Of a stretch of 64,000 nucleotides of DNA, positions 1-13,904 are shown piece after piece. Made by a program: the position numbers and the translations under genes. Where the stretch lies: positions 36,084,001 through 36,148,000 of the forward strand of contig OZ287748.1 in NCBI GenBank assembly GCA_965649765.1, given 5' to 3'. The stretch's first letter is position 1. Each line of letters starts with the position of its first letter. This DNA is from Bispira polyomma. Its lineage: Eukaryota. Under the pieces are notes generated by a model. That model had not been told where the DNA came from. It searched no databases and saw only the letters and a list, made by a program, of their open reading frames with translations.

Positions 1-20
1 TAACCACTAGGCCAAGGGAG
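1..20 (-). mobile_element. Head of a tRNA-derived SINE cut by the window edge
   Basis: Reverse complement tggcctagtggtta equals the A box of the other SINE copies. Confidence 0.5.
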
Positions 21-1544
21 ACTATGTGGTATTAAAGGTGTTTATCTTGTTAAAGTTATACTTTTTCAAGTTTGTATTTAACAGTAACACTGCAATTATG
101 TCGGACTCAGTTTTAGCCGAACATTCTTAAGTCACTACTGCTTCAACAATCCCGCCTTCTGTCAATGAATAATATAGTAAACATACACTGTTAAGAAATT
201 TTCAAGACTTGGAATTATTCACTGTATAACTGAAATTAAGCGCTAAGGAAATATAAAACAGATAGTCCATCACTGAAAAATAGTGTCAGATCGACCATGA
301 AAAGATTAGAAATGATAATAATAGTGAATCATAAAACATCTGACAAAAAATCAAGAAATCTAAAATCTGGTCACATGATATACCTACTCCATCACTGTAA
401 TCTTCAGGCACATTGGATAAAGAACATCCTGCTATGAGTAGTGATATACCTGGTCAAAAGGGCAGATCTGGCTAGTACTCCATAAACATAGGTTTAATTT
501 AAGAGGTGCCAGTCAGGTGCCCATCAAACTCGCATATCCAAAGAACATTAGTTCTGGTAGCTAGCCCGAGACTCAAATGTAGATCCCAGTAAAACAACTA
601 CCTCCCCACCCTTGGTTATATATAGACACATTACACCTGCAAAGCTCTTCTGAACAAACAAAAAACCTCCTGTCTAAATCAGACATTAAGCAAGTACACT
701 TGGAGCATTACGATAAGAAAAAAAAATAAGTCATGATAGCATTAATAGCCACTAATGATATATACTGTAAATAGCTTGAATACTCACTTATATACACTTC
801 TACTACTAGAACAACGACTCCAGACACTGGCATCAAAAAGCCTCCAGAAAACAACAAAAAGGGGGGGGGGGGGGGGGAGAAATAGAAATCCAAATTGCTA
901 GAGCAATACTGGCCATCAACAATCACAAAGACATCCCCAGGAAATGAAAACAAATTGTCACGGACATCAATAAAAGGCATGAATAATTGAAAAGAAAGGC
1001 AATGATACTTCTTCTACAGCCATAACCAAAAACTTTTTCTTTTTTTTTTTGAAAAATTATGACCATCAAAGATTCAAAGCAAGACAAGTAGAAAAACTAC
1101 TGCTTAAAATAGCTCAAGTAAGGAATCTAAAATTCAACACTGTATCTTAAATTCGCTAGGGCTAATTGCGATTAAAATTTGTCAAAATTGAGATTTTTGT
1201 GACTATTTTGTCATACGTGTACTTACCTAAATTCCATTTTTTTTTCGCAAGTTTTTATTGATTTAATTTGGCTTAAATTTTAGGGGTTGTGAATTTCAGA
1301 TATAGTGGCGAATTTATATTCCTCACTTTATATTATTGTAGGTTTTTTTTTTTTTTAGGAGTGTAAAACTACAAATCTTCCTTGTATTAAATGACACTTC
1401 CCAAAAAGAAAAAGCTAATAAAAAATGTTAGCATTCACAATTCAACATTTTTAGTAAGAATATTGTAAACATGTCTGGAACATTTCTTGAAATTTCAAAT
1501 GTTGTAAGCCAAAACATTTGAGACAGAAAAGATTTACACTGTAA

Positions 1545-1990
1545 GTGAGAGTTTCCATGCAGGCAACTTTCTGAGGCGATCAGGCGATGGCCGACGGCGA
1601 TTCTATCAGTTTCATTGATTTAAAACCAAGTGTTTCCATGTGAGCAACGCCGATAGGCGACAGGCAATGCCAGGCGATCTTTTCGGTACTAGGAGCGGAA
1701 AAAAAAATCGACTGGCATTGCCGTCGCCTTGTAAACATTGCCAATTTTTTTTAAATAACTCAAAAATTACTGAAGGTATAAATTTCTTGAAAATATGGTA
1801 AGAAAGCTTATTTTATCGGGTATATTGTGCTTTTTGTTGCATCAAAATCGGTTGAGAAATGGCTAAAATATTAAGGTTTAAATACAGGTATCGATTTTTC
1901 TCAAATATTGTTTTGAAACATAAAAATTGAAAATTGCCCATTATACGTCGGCTGGTCGCCTCACAAAGTTGCCTGCATGGAAATGCTCAC
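1545..1990. mobile_element. MITE / non-autonomous DNA transposon
   Basis: ~40-bp TIR gtgagagtttccatgcaggcaactttctgaggcgatcag / ctggtcgcctcacaaagttgcctgcatggaaatgctcac; partial second copy at ~2736-2930. Confidence 0.8.
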
Positions 1991-2540
1991 AAAATGTAAT
2001 CTTGATTTTGGGGGTTTTGCTATCGATCTCCTTTGTATCTTTCTTTATAAGTAGAGAAGAACATGCGAAATGTGGAATTAAACATCCCTATGTGAATGCA
2101 AAAGTATTGTGCAATATACAGTACCATGATTATATCTGCATGAAAACGCACATGGAGCACTTAGTAAACTAGTTGCAATCCTGACTTTCATATAATTGTG
2201 TCTCGTGTCTGAAATCTAAATACAGTAATTGCACATAATTATCAGTAGAACAAAAACGATATAATGGCCCCGTCAATTGAGGAAATTGCAGCTCAGAAAA
2301 TCACAGCGCATGAATTGTGGAAAATTAGCCTTGCTAATGCTAGCATGTATTTACTGCAGCAAAGAGTTTTTTCAACAAAAGCAAATTTTCTCGGAACATA
2401 CTATGCTCGGTTTTATGTTCAGAACATTATTGTATATTTTTTATGCAAAGATGGCCATCCAATGGAAGGACTGCCATTGTCAAGGTCATTCAAGGTCAAG
2501 ACTAAGGTATCAAGCTTCTATATGCATCTGTCTGGACCTG

Positions 2541-2735
2541 GGTTAGAATTTAGTGTTTCACATCACTTTCAACAGCTTAGGTCATATCACGAGGGCCGGA
2601 ATAAATGGCAGAAGAAACAAGTGCTAAAGTACGTTAAAACCACCGGCCTATGGCAAGTACCTGACAAACTTTCCCACATGAAGGAATAAACAAGATTTGA
2701 ACCCACATTGGTGAAAGGCCAGTGATTGTGAAGCT
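2541..2735 (-). mobile_element. tRNA-derived SINE with 5' end missing (same family as 25481-25703)
   Basis: Reverse complement gives cacaatcactggcc, ggttcaaatc and gatatgacctaagctgttgaaagtgatg. Confidence 0.8.
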
Positions 2736-3352
2736 AAGTAGATGTTTCCATGCTGGCAATTTTCTGAGGCAATTAGATTCTTTACTAAAAACTCAGAAAT
2801 TACTGAAAGTAAAACATTCTGGGAAATTTTGTACTTTTGTTGCATCAAAATCAGTTGTAAAATGGCTAAAATATTGAAGTTTAAATACAGGTAACCATTT
2901 TTCTTAAATAATTCTATGGAAACCTAAACATCACTGATTGCAGTCGAACTTCTGCTGATTGCCATTAGCCATTGACGACATATAAATGTACACTAACACT
3001 TATAACCACTTGGCCACCAAGGTCCCTTGGACCTGGGTTAGAAACCAGGTGCTCTCTGTTCTCAAAAATACGGAACACTCTATCACCTGAACATGCTCCT
3101 AGAGCAAGATTACCGGTACTAAATTCCAATAGTAGAAGGTTTATAAAATAGAAGTATGAAACAGAAATGTGGAAGAGTAAAAATTGGTTCATAAAATTGA
3201 ATATTCAGATAACAGACGTTCTACTGCAATCTATGAAACAATTAATTTCCTTAATTTTTATATCATTTACGTTTAAGTAATTACATACATTTAAACTTAA
3301 ACCACCCATAACCATGTTTACAACTTCACATTTTCTTTCAAGATCAACATAT

Positions 3353-3561
3353 ACTAGTGTACTACAATTTATAATCTAAATTGGAAAGTCCACAATTTCA
3401 CTTATCATATACAATTATACATGTATATTGTTTTCATTAAATGTACAGAACTTCAGAACTAGTGTACTACAATTTATAATTTAAATTGGAAAGTCCACAA
3501 TTTCACTTATCATATACAATTATACATGTATATTGTTTTCATTAAATGTACAGAACTTCAG
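3353..3561. repeat. 105-bp tandem duplication
   Basis: 3353-3457 repeated at 3458-3561 with about one mismatch. Confidence 0.95.
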
Positions 3562-6349
3562 GTATATCTTATCAGTCATAACATCAAAAAGCTAAATCTA
3601 AAATTTTTTGGTTAAAATTATCACAATATATATATATAGACTTTATTGCACTGACAAGGGTATCTTAAGAAGACACCCAGTAATCATGTAGAAATTGATG
3701 GAACTAGAGAAAGGGAAAAGGTGGAGATACCGAGACAGGGAACAATTGTAGTTGTCCTAGTGACGCAATGTGTCCCTTCACAAGTAATATATACAACTAT
3801 ATGTGAAGAAGATACAAAAATGTCCTTTAATAATTTGTACACACAAAGAAAAACAAATATCCTGAAACATTAAGCCTTAGTTATTTATACTTTAACCGAA
3901 TGGTTTATTTTTCTCGCTAACCATTTTAATATCTCTTGTGTCAAGCACTTATGTCTCGTATTTGTTTTCTTTACACGGATGAATATTAAATATTCTTTTC
4001 ATTCTTACTGAACCATGTGTATAGCTTTTAATCAAAATATGCTTTTGAAGTAAAATACCAATTTCCACATTATTCTTTTTTTGGGGGGGAGGGGGGCAGA
4101 TATTTGGGAACACCTGTGCAGCACCACATCTATTATCAAAAAAAATACCGCCAAATAAATATAAATCCAGTCAAGTCTGGCAGATATTATACTTACATAC
4201 AACAAAAAATATAACTAAACTACCACTGCAAGCTATAACCTTTAAGAAGTGACCAACCTTACGCCTTTGTAATATTATTTTTGCATCATAAAAAAGAACC
4301 AGTAACAAATTCAGAACAAAGAGTAAGCCTCAAATCCAGACATGCCAAAGCCACATCATTTCTAAATGCTGACAGAATGACGCCCTTGCTTTGATTATGA
4401 ATTGCAGTCATATTGTTTACATCAATAGCGGCCTCATAACTAACCAGGTCTGCTGTTCTGTAAAGTTGACAGAGGTCAGTCCTTTGACAAGAACAGACTA
4501 TATAATGGACACTGAATAAAGTTCTAACTACTCTCTCATGCCATTGTACCAGAATTTAGTAAAATGATAGCAGGACTATTTTGTAATCTTTTTTTTAGGA
4601 AAACACAGATATCATTTGAAATCATTTCACCCAATCATTTTAGTCATTTAACATGTCTTTTACTTCTTTTGTATTGCATCTGAATTAAAGGCAATGGCAT
4701 TGAGAAAAAGTTATAATCCTGTTCATCCAATGTAGACAACAGATCAATGTATTTACCGGTAGTGTATTTAAAGATATACTAAACCTCACACAATGCCAAC
4801 TATATCTGTAATAAAAGAAGGGTTCATTTTGAATACTTATACTTATTAAACCATATACTTATTATTACTGCATGACTTTATTACATACTACTTGTATAGA
4901 GCAGAGAACCTTGCAGCAGAAACAACCATCCTTATGTTGTTGGTAGTTTACAGGTTCCAATGGTAACTTTTTCCCCAATTTTCAAAAATTTTGTATAATA
5001 CAAAATTAATATTTTAATTGCATAAATTTTATGGTGATTTTGGTGATATATGAATATACAATGCAACAAACCAATACAAATACACAATACAATATAAACC
5101 AATTGAATTTGTGCAATACCAATATATCACAATTAAATGAATTTATGGCTTTCCTTTGTGTTATATAAAGGCTGCAATAGAATACTGTTTCTGGCCCAAA
5201 AACGGTATTAATCTTGGGGCTAGACAAAAGAATAGTAATAACAATGAGTTGTGGCTTGTCTTCCTGCTAAAAGCATTAAATATTCATTTGTGGTTGTGGC
5301 TTCAGAAGGCCATAATACTTGAGGTTATCTATGATTTATGCATGACATTGACACCTCTTGGCCATTTATCGGGTATATGTGTTAAAAATATATTGCATAA
5401 CTGATAGCTGCTGTCAAGTACAGGTGGACAGGTTGTAGCGAAGAAAGGCAATAATCTCTCCCAGTCAATATAAGTCACTGACATTCAGTACTAACTAATT
5501 CATGAAGATTACTCATAACTGGCATATTTCCCATACTTTTTTTTAACATACAAAAGGAGAAATATTCATGTCGGCACTGTATATTAGGAAACTTGTGTGA
5601 CCGATTGCTCTAGCATCACATGCCAAATAGCATCTAATAGAGTAGAGACACACCACTGAATTATCCATGCGTCTACTTGTCTGAATGTGGCTGCACGACA
5701 ACTAGGGAACCTTTTCTTGTAATACTCATTAAATGAACAGTCAGCTTCAGAAATTACCAGGCTTCTATGACCTTTTAAATATGGAGCCCAATCTAGCATT
5801 GATGATTAAAAAAACATATAAATTAAATTCCAAATCATGAAGATAGTTTTTTTTTTCCAAATTATAGGCAGTAGAACTTATGGTGACATGGGAATACTTT
5901 TTGAGGGGGAAAGTTCCACTATAGTCAATTATAGTGTGGAAACTCAGGTGATAATCTTGATAGACATTTGAATAAGTTCGAAAATGGTGCCAATGAATGT
6001 GACATTTGCAGGCCATGAATACGGTTGACGATAATGTTTAATCTTCAAGGTGACATGGAAACATTAATCTTCTTAGGTTATGAAAAATATTTCCCCATCA
6101 TAATATGTCCCTACATTTCTAAAGTTAAAGTTGTAATAAGTAGTTAGTAGTTAGGACCACACTGGAGTCTGACATCTGCAAATTTTAAAATAGGTTTCAC
6201 TAAATATAGATACAAACATATGTGTATGGACATAGCAAGTATAAAACAATTACTATGGAACCTTTATTATTCAAACTTATTTTGTCTAAATATTTAATTT
6301 TATTCACTCACTTTTACTCTGCAAAAATTTAGACTTGGCTACTGTTTTA

Positions 6350-6447
6350 CAGTAAACCACCTTTTCTTAAGTTTCTTCACAAACTTTCTGTTATCCAAAC
6401 AAATTCTGACTCCCCCAATGTGTTCAGATATAACAGAGGTTTTACTG
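6350..6447. mobile_element. Short Tc1/mariner(pogo)-type MITE
   Basis: ta|cagtaaacc ... ggttttactg|ta. Confidence 0.6.
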
Positions 6448-6462
6448 TATTAGTTAACCTAC

Positions 6463-6599
6463 CTCAAACCTTCTCCTACTCCTAGATCCACATAAGGATT
6501 TAAAGCATGCGCCACTCTCTTTCCTTCACATCTCCCTAAACTGTAGCATCCAAAGGGATTTTTACCCATGCTTTTTGGCTTCACAATTTTCGAGTTCAT
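6463..6599 (-). CDS. Possible first coding exon of a minus-strand gene continuing off the left edge
   Basis: ATG at 6599 open for 45 codons (MNSKIVKPKSMGKNPFGCYSLGRCEGKRVAHALNPYVDLGVGEGL) ending at an AG|gtaggt donor; no homology recognised. Confidence 0.3.
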
Positions 6600-7249
6600 A
6601 CTTTTCTACTACAAAAAACTGCATCAACTAGCGGTTGTTTCTCTTACACATCAATTTAAAAATGAGAAATAATACATTTCTTCAAATAACCACTCTCACA
6701 GATAAATGAAAATAATCAATAAATGAGAGCACTCTCTATTTTGCAGTTTCCTGTTTCATGTCTGTTATACAGTTAATTTACAGAGTTCATCAATAGAACT
6801 TGGGGGTTTAATACCCAACGTGAATCATACAGAGACTTTTAATAAAGGTGATCCTATTTGGCAGTCCATACCTCTATTCAGGCATTTGTAATAATAAAAA
6901 AGTCCATTATCCCGACCCAATATACCTTGCCCTTTTGTCCGTTATATTGATCCCTTTAATAAAAACATAACTTTTTTTCCACAAACAATGCATTTTTATT
7001 TTGGCCTTTTCCCCACACTTCTCTTGTCTTTTGTGTTCTCAAAACCTAGTCAGTGAGTGACAGTTTTCTGAAGAACACCAGGGACACACACTGAAATATT
7101 GCCTGATTGAGCTGAATAAACACTTCTAAACCTCTGCAAAGATTACTGACAATGTTTCAGGAACACATATGAAGACGCAAATCCCCCAAAATTGTCTGCT
7201 CATTTACAGCTTTCTTTCTCTATTAATGCCTTTCCCTCCCTGGATTTTT

Positions 7250-7496
7250 GGGTCACATGACTGATCCCTTAAAAAAAACTACATAAAAAAGGTTATCTAA
7301 TTTTTTTCTACTTTCTATTTCCCCTACTTCTTGTGACCTTTTTTCACTGTGCTTATTATATAAAAAAATATCCATTAATGATGTACAAAGAGCAAATGGG
7401 ACATGAGATAGTCACATGACTCCTTCAATTAGAACTCACAGGGAGCCAATTATCAAATAAACTCCAAATATGGTAGAAGTTGAACCCCAGCCAATA
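7250..7496. promoter_or_regulatory. Candidate promoter: two GTCACATGAC (M-box/CLEAR-like E-box) and two CCAAT boxes
   Basis: GTCACATGAC at 7252 and 7411; AGCCAAT at 7444 and 7489. Confidence 0.35.
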
Positions 7497-7790
7497 AAAT
7501 CAATTGTCAATGCAACAGTTGTCATATCCCTTGTTAAAACTGAAGTAAAAAAAAATAGGCTGTATATACAAGAGCCTATGCTCCATTTATCAACATCTGG
7601 GCTTCCTATTCACGTAAATAACTACATGTACTCGATATGTTCACATATTATCACACTGCACAGAACTAACAATCAGCAGTATTATTAAGCACTACATAGT
7701 GTATATTCCAGCATTTTGTATTTGTTTTCGCTGTCATTTCATATTTCCTTTTAAATCACTGAATCATATTAAAAACATCAAATACACTCT

Positions 7791-7887
7791 TGTTTTTAAT
7801 CTTAAACTTTTAAATTAGAGTTTCCCTTTTGTGAGAGTTGTTTTTAATCTTAAACTTTTAAATTAGAGTTTCCCTTTTGTGAGAGTT
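7791..7887. repeat. ~48-bp tandem duplication
   Basis: tgtttttaatcttaaacttttaaattagagtttcccttttgtgagagt x2. Confidence 0.95.
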
Positions 7888-10800
7888 ACAGAACATACTT
7901 CATCACACATACACTATTGTTTATTACTGCATTTATGCATCACAATGTCTGGAACAACATAACTGACGTTCTGTTAGCAAACACAAACAGTGTGAGTGTA
8001 TGCACCAAAAAATATATATGCAGCTTCCTCTTGTGTTTCTACACACCCACAACACAACACTGCCAGTGTGCATGTAAAAAAAAGTACACTCTACACTCTA
8101 CATGTGTGTCAATGTGTTACAACTGTACTCCTCCTCTCTTCTTCAATGAATCAACCAGTACAAAGTTTTCTTGCTCTTTTCTTACCAAAAGAATGCCCAC
8201 TGAGTGAGTGGTATGATACCACAGTAACATGGTACACACAAATCATGCAAGGTAATAGCAGGTAGCACAACCCACCTTCCCCTCTGTTCATCCCCCTCCA
8301 TCAAAACATTAATAATGTGGATGAATTATATATATCAGCATTATAGAGCAGACTTTGTGCAATATTTGGTTCCAATTAGCACTATAACTTCTCTAGTTCT
8401 ACCTTCTTTAATAAAACTTGGTAGTCTGAGGTTGGTTCCTTAAAATGTTGAATGTTAAATTAAAACTTGTAGTCACACAGTAATATTTAACGTATACTTA
8501 CTCTAGCTACACAAGAGAGTCTGCATACTCTACAGTTTCTACTAACTTGATAAGATGTATATTTTCAAAACACACAAAGTCTGTTATTATGAACCAAAAA
8601 GTAATAAGAACTAAATTCTGCACCTCTCAGCACCTTTAAATAACTGCTCTTTGTACAAACATAAACGGTTGAAAAAGCACACACTGTAAGAAATGTTCTG
8701 TGAATTTCAATCAATTTTCTTTCTCCCAAGGGCATTTTCGGGGTGTGCAGTACGTGCTTCCACAAGAATTCCTATTTTCTGCCTTTTCTCAGGTATAGTA
8801 CTTTGTTTTATTTTCTTTCTCTGTGAATGACTGTGTACAGTTCCAATGGAGATGCCGGCCAACTAATGGCAAGTTTTAACAGTCAGGGCCAATATATATA
8901 TCATCACATATAGAACTTAAACCTCCAGTTTGAGTCCAACCTTAAACTATATTTTACTTGACATAACTAATTTGTGAATAGGTAGACTAAAGATTCAGAT
9001 TTTTTTTTCTCATACTATCTTTTCTTATACACCACACTATTAAGTTATAACAAATGAGTAAATCTAAATGAATGACAAATAACATCACATGTTTGGACGT
9101 TATCTTAAAGAGTGTTTCCTAGAATATGAGCAAGATTACGGCTATAATACCACATCATGGAAGACGGTAAAGGAAATTACTGCTGTTTTTTGGCGTTTTG
9201 AAGCTTTGGTTGGTAATAATTACTTCCTGAATAATTACTGGTCAGTTTAAAAGTCAGGCAAACCACAATAGTTTACCAGAACAACTGATTGATGAGAATA
9301 AAAAAATATTATAATAACCTAATACAACAAATTTACATAAAGTAAACAAGAGTTGTCTTTGTAAAAGACATAGGCGCACATTGTGAAATACACTAACGTT
9401 GATATGGCCACTATATACTCAGGCCTGCTTGGCATCCCTACAAATATTGATCTGTCACCCACCCCTTAATTTTCCCAGGTTATTTGCTTCTAACCACCAA
9501 TTCATAAAGGGTTTACATATTATTTTTAAGATGGCGGCGCCCTCTTCAGAATGAAAACAATATCAGGCTACGCCTGATAACCCCTACAAATATTAATCTG
9601 ACACCCCTCAGTTTGGCCAGGTCGTTGCGTCTAACCAATCTATGAAGGCCTTGCATATTATTTGATGGTGATGCCTGTTTCAGAATGAAAACAATGTCAA
9701 GATAAAAATGCATCAGTTACACACAGGTGGGTAGAACAAAATCAAATGTCAGAATTGTTGCTACAATACTTCATTGTTTTAGATTTAAAGGCATAACTTA
9801 TTTTAATAATTTATTCACCTCTGTTTCTAAACTGAGGGGGCACAAATTTTAATTACCAAATAAATCTATGTCTACATTTATTTACTAATGAAAACATCAA
9901 GTTTTGAATTTCTTTCCGGATTGGCACTGTATCGAAAATGGTCTGTGAGCTGTTTTTGACATGCAAGATAGTTTTGACACAATGGTATTCTGTACTGGTA
10001 CATGTACTGTTTGTGTACAAACACTCCAGAGAAATATAAAAGGAGTTACTGGTATCTTGGTATCTGTGTTGTTATAATTACACCTATATGCATGTGAACC
10101 ATACTGTTTATCAGTTAGCAGTAATCCAATTTCAGAGAATTTGTACCCCTAGAAAAGGGTTTATGCAGACTCTATCCACCTGACATAAAACTCATCACTT
10201 AGACTAGAACATGGTCGTGATTAGTCGGAGAGCAAGACTTTATTGAAATAACAGAAGGTTCACTAACACAAAAAAAAGAGGCTTTCTAGTAATACGAAAC
10301 AGCAGGAAAATGAAAGTTTGGAACAGAAGTTCACACAATAGAAGTTTTACCCTTTATATAAATAAACTCAGACTTAATGTCTCTACTCAAATCCACTTAC
10401 ACAAATAAGATGGACAGCATATGTTAATACACTGACAAGAACTGAGTGCCAAAACGGGGTACACTGTCGGCCTTCTCATGGGTGGAAAATGAAATATACA
10501 GAGCAATACTTTATACAACAGATCTGCAGAGCAACAAGCCTTTCAGCCACATTGCTATGGAGATATTACAGCAAGTCTTTAAAACTCCAAACCATATTGT
10601 TCTTAATATTATACAAAAAATAGAAAACTGTCAAATCTAACCAATCCATTTTAAACACCCTGATCCTGATTTGATCCTTGGTTGAATTAGTTGCATAGCA
10701 GTAAGATTGTGGAATCCTAAGAAAAAAGGATCATTGGTAGCGCAGTAAGTTTATGTTTTTGGTAAGATTTTGTTCATTTCAAGTTTACTACAAAATTACA

Positions 10801-11739
10801 GTAAGCAATCTATGTCAAATACACTGACATTTAAATACAGCAGGTAATTTAGTTTGGAATTTACTTTTTTTGATGATATTTAAATACACTTTTTGTCACC
10901 AATAAAAAAAATGTATTATTTAGTGTTAGGATTCTTAAAACATTTACTTTCAGACGTATCTATGACTGTTCTGAAGCAACAGTGATTGAATGAATGTAAA
11001 ACGCACTTTTACGGATACACCCCTGTGCTGGATGTAAACATAAAGCTATTTAAACTTCAGTAAAGACTGAAAACAACATATACATACATGTATTATATAG
11101 ACATCTACTAAAGGTACCATAGACAATTGTAAAACAAAACCTATCAGCAAAAACTTGAATATGCTGCAGTTCACATCCAACATGGTGGCAACACCGTTCA
11201 CTTGCCGGGAAAATTTACTAAACAGGGAAAATTGGCAGACAATATCAAGTGGGGCGTCCAGCCAATGCTTTCGTACCAATTGATGCCTGGCCTTGCAAAT
11301 AAAGCTTCAACAATGAAACAAACAATTAGTATGTTGGATCAACTAGAATATTATTGAATTACTTGTACATCGGGGAGCAGGTGTATAATTAAACACTTGC
11401 ACATCAGGGACCCGATGCATATTTCTTTGTTAATAAAAATTTAAGAAATTTATGACTCTTTTGATTCTATATCAGTTCGGGAAAGAGCAGAATTCGGGAA
11501 CGTTGCAGAATTCGGGAACTGTTCCTGAATTCTGCAACCCCAAAGTTCCTGAATTCGGAAACGTTTCTAAATTCAAGAACCTTATAAAATTCATGTTTTA
11601 AAAACAATTTTAAGTTTTGTTGCCATTATTTTACTTGAAACAGTGGTCAGTTTAGCTATTTCTAGGTATAATTTTTGTTTTTAATTTCTTTACAAATTTT
11701 AAGTGAACTGTAACTTGCTGACATACAAAGTGGCTTTAC

Positions 11740-12350
11740 CCCTGTGTAACAGGGATTTAGTTTTAAATTCTAAGTCCCCGTTCCACGGTAAATAATTATT
11801 TCGAGTCTAACATTCAAAAATCAAAATTTTGGTTAAGCTCCGTTTATTGCTTCCTCCAATATAGACGTTAGATACTCGATGGTATATAAAATATTTTATT
11901 ATAACAATTTAATAAGGAAATTTGAAAATAAAATGAAGACGAAATGTATCAGGATTTTATAAATGAAACATACATGATTAGCCGGAAATACTATGACTAG
12001 ACTCCACAGATATAAGGTAATATATGTGAGTGATTGCTGCTGAGTCAAAGGTCAGAAACCGTTATATATCCTTATATGGAAGTTGGTGCTTTCGGGTGAT
12101 CTTTACGATGATAGATTGCCTAATTTGCAGAATATTCTTCCATTGCCACTCATACATGTGCTTCACTTCCGAGATATACATCAACCACAGACTTAATAAA
12201 AAACAAGGTCTGCAGATATATGAATTTAAAATAGATATATATCTTGGACCTGACGTATATTAAATACTTGTACTAATTTGCATTAATACTTGTAATAAGT
12301 TGTCATGGAACGGGGAATTAGAACTAAATACTTATTCCCCGTTACACGGT
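11740..12350. mobile_element. Inner inverted-repeat-bounded element nested in 11473-13118
   Basis: ctgtgtaacaggga...ttctaagtccccgttccacg vs catggaacggggaattagaa...tccccgttacacgg. Confidence 0.65.
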
Positions 12351-12548
12351 GAAATAGTTTCGTTGCTAACATAACGCAATGATGTATTTTTTTACAGCAA
12401 CACAAAAGTTTTCTATTTAATTATGTATATTTACATAACACTTGTCATCAATTGTCAATTTGTTTTGTTAAATGCCTAAATTAAAATATTCTCAAAGTTC
12501 CTATATTCAGGAACTTTAGGGTTGCAGAATTTTGAAACATTTTCCGAA

Positions 12549-13080
12549 TAAGCCAGTTCGTAGATCTGATTGCGCAGCTGTAGTTACAATATTCCGGTCT
12601 TATATACGGCACATAAACAAGAAGCACCTGCATACTGCAAATGTGCAGCCAACAGCCAATTTAACATGGGTACCCGTATTAAAAATTTAATATCTCTGTC
12701 ATTTCACAAGGGATTTTGATGCAAAAAATATCATAGTAATCGCAATATAATAAGCTTTTTCATCATATTTTTGTACAAATTTTACCCACAGTATTTTTTG
12801 AGTAATTAATTAATAATCGGCATTTTTATTATGCAAAATATCGTGCTTGTATAAAAGTTCAATGGGAATGTTATCCTTTAATGATGAAGTAATTATTTTT
12901 ACAAAGAACCCATACTTATGCATCATATATCCAAATCTGAGGCTATTATTCGGAATAATAAATGAGAAATAACATCTTAATATATTTTGCCAAGTCATAT
13001 AAGTTCATTTGTTTATGTGCGCCAAAGATTTTCACTTCCACTGAACTACACATGCGCACTCGGAACTACGAATTGGCTTA
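12549..13080. mobile_element. MITE inserted within the right TIR of 11473-13118
   Basis: taagccagttcgtag..tgcgca..tgtagtt vs aactaca..tgcgca..ctacgaattggctta; the outer TIR resumes on both sides. Confidence 0.75.
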
Positions 13081-13394
13081 TTTTGCGACGTTCCCGAATT
13101 CTGCTCTTTCATGAACTGATATATGTCAAAACACTGAGGTGGGGGAATCTCTAAAGGGGTCACATGGCCTAGTAAAACAGCTGTTTTGTCCGTGATTGAA
13201 AATATAAAGTGATCGAAAATAGGAAGTGTGGTGATCCTATCTTATCATGTTTTGGGCGATCAGGTGGGAGGCAAGAGGTATCCAATCTTGCTGATCGGCG
13301 ATTTGTAACTGTTCCACATGGTGTTAAAATTCTTGTTACTATGGTATACTACAACTGTTTATTCAAAATTTCACAAGAAAAGCTTATAACCCAC

Positions 13395-13690
13395 CTTTTA
13401 CCGAATCTGTTTGTTTCATTAATATTTTCCGGAAATGGAGTAAAAAATGTAAGAATGGTATGATTTCCGATTTTAGCGAGAAAGGAATATTTTTCAGCCG
13501 AATATATATGCGATAGAACTTTTAAAACGCAACACGCATGCGATAGAACTTTTAAAACGCAACACGCATCTCTTGCACCTCATTTACGAACTCCCTAATC
13601 TAATCGATTCCGTAATGACGCTTAATCTCCGTACTAGCGAATTCTCAACAAACAATATCAATATTCAGTATTGTGGTGGACGGAAAAAGG
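13395..13690 (-). promoter_or_regulatory. Candidate promoter / first exon of a minus-strand gene divergent from EMC6
   Basis: Locally CpG-rich; CCGGAA (ETS-like) at ~13429 and CGCATGCG (NRF1-like) at ~13535; AAG|gtgggt donor at 13394. Confidence 0.35.
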
Positions 13691-13904
13691 TTTGTTACCA
13701 GAGAGGGATGGTTATTGTAAGACCTTGTTAGGAGGGATAAGCCTTTTAATAGAGCAAAGCCTTGAGTCTGCTTCTAAAGGTTGAAAGAAAAGGTGAGCAT
13801 CTAATATCTTTTGGTAGGTCATTCCATAACTTGGATGCAGGATATTACAAACTATGATTGAAATGGACTTTCGATCTGTGTATGCTGCGATTAAAGTAGA
13901 GATT

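Larger units (their letters stand above)
11473..13118. mobile_element. Foldback/MITE with long TIRs containing nested inserts
   Basis: cagttcgggaaagagcagaattcgggaacgttgca vs tgcgacgttcccgaattctgctctttcatgaactg; ATAT on both flanks. Confidence 0.8.

Noticed and set aside
708-980. 90-aa ORF with poly-Pro
   Set aside because: Poly-Pro comes from a G homopolymer run; no homology or splice support
2264-2689. 141-aa ORF
   Set aside because: Runs through repeat and antisense SINE sequence; no recognisable domain
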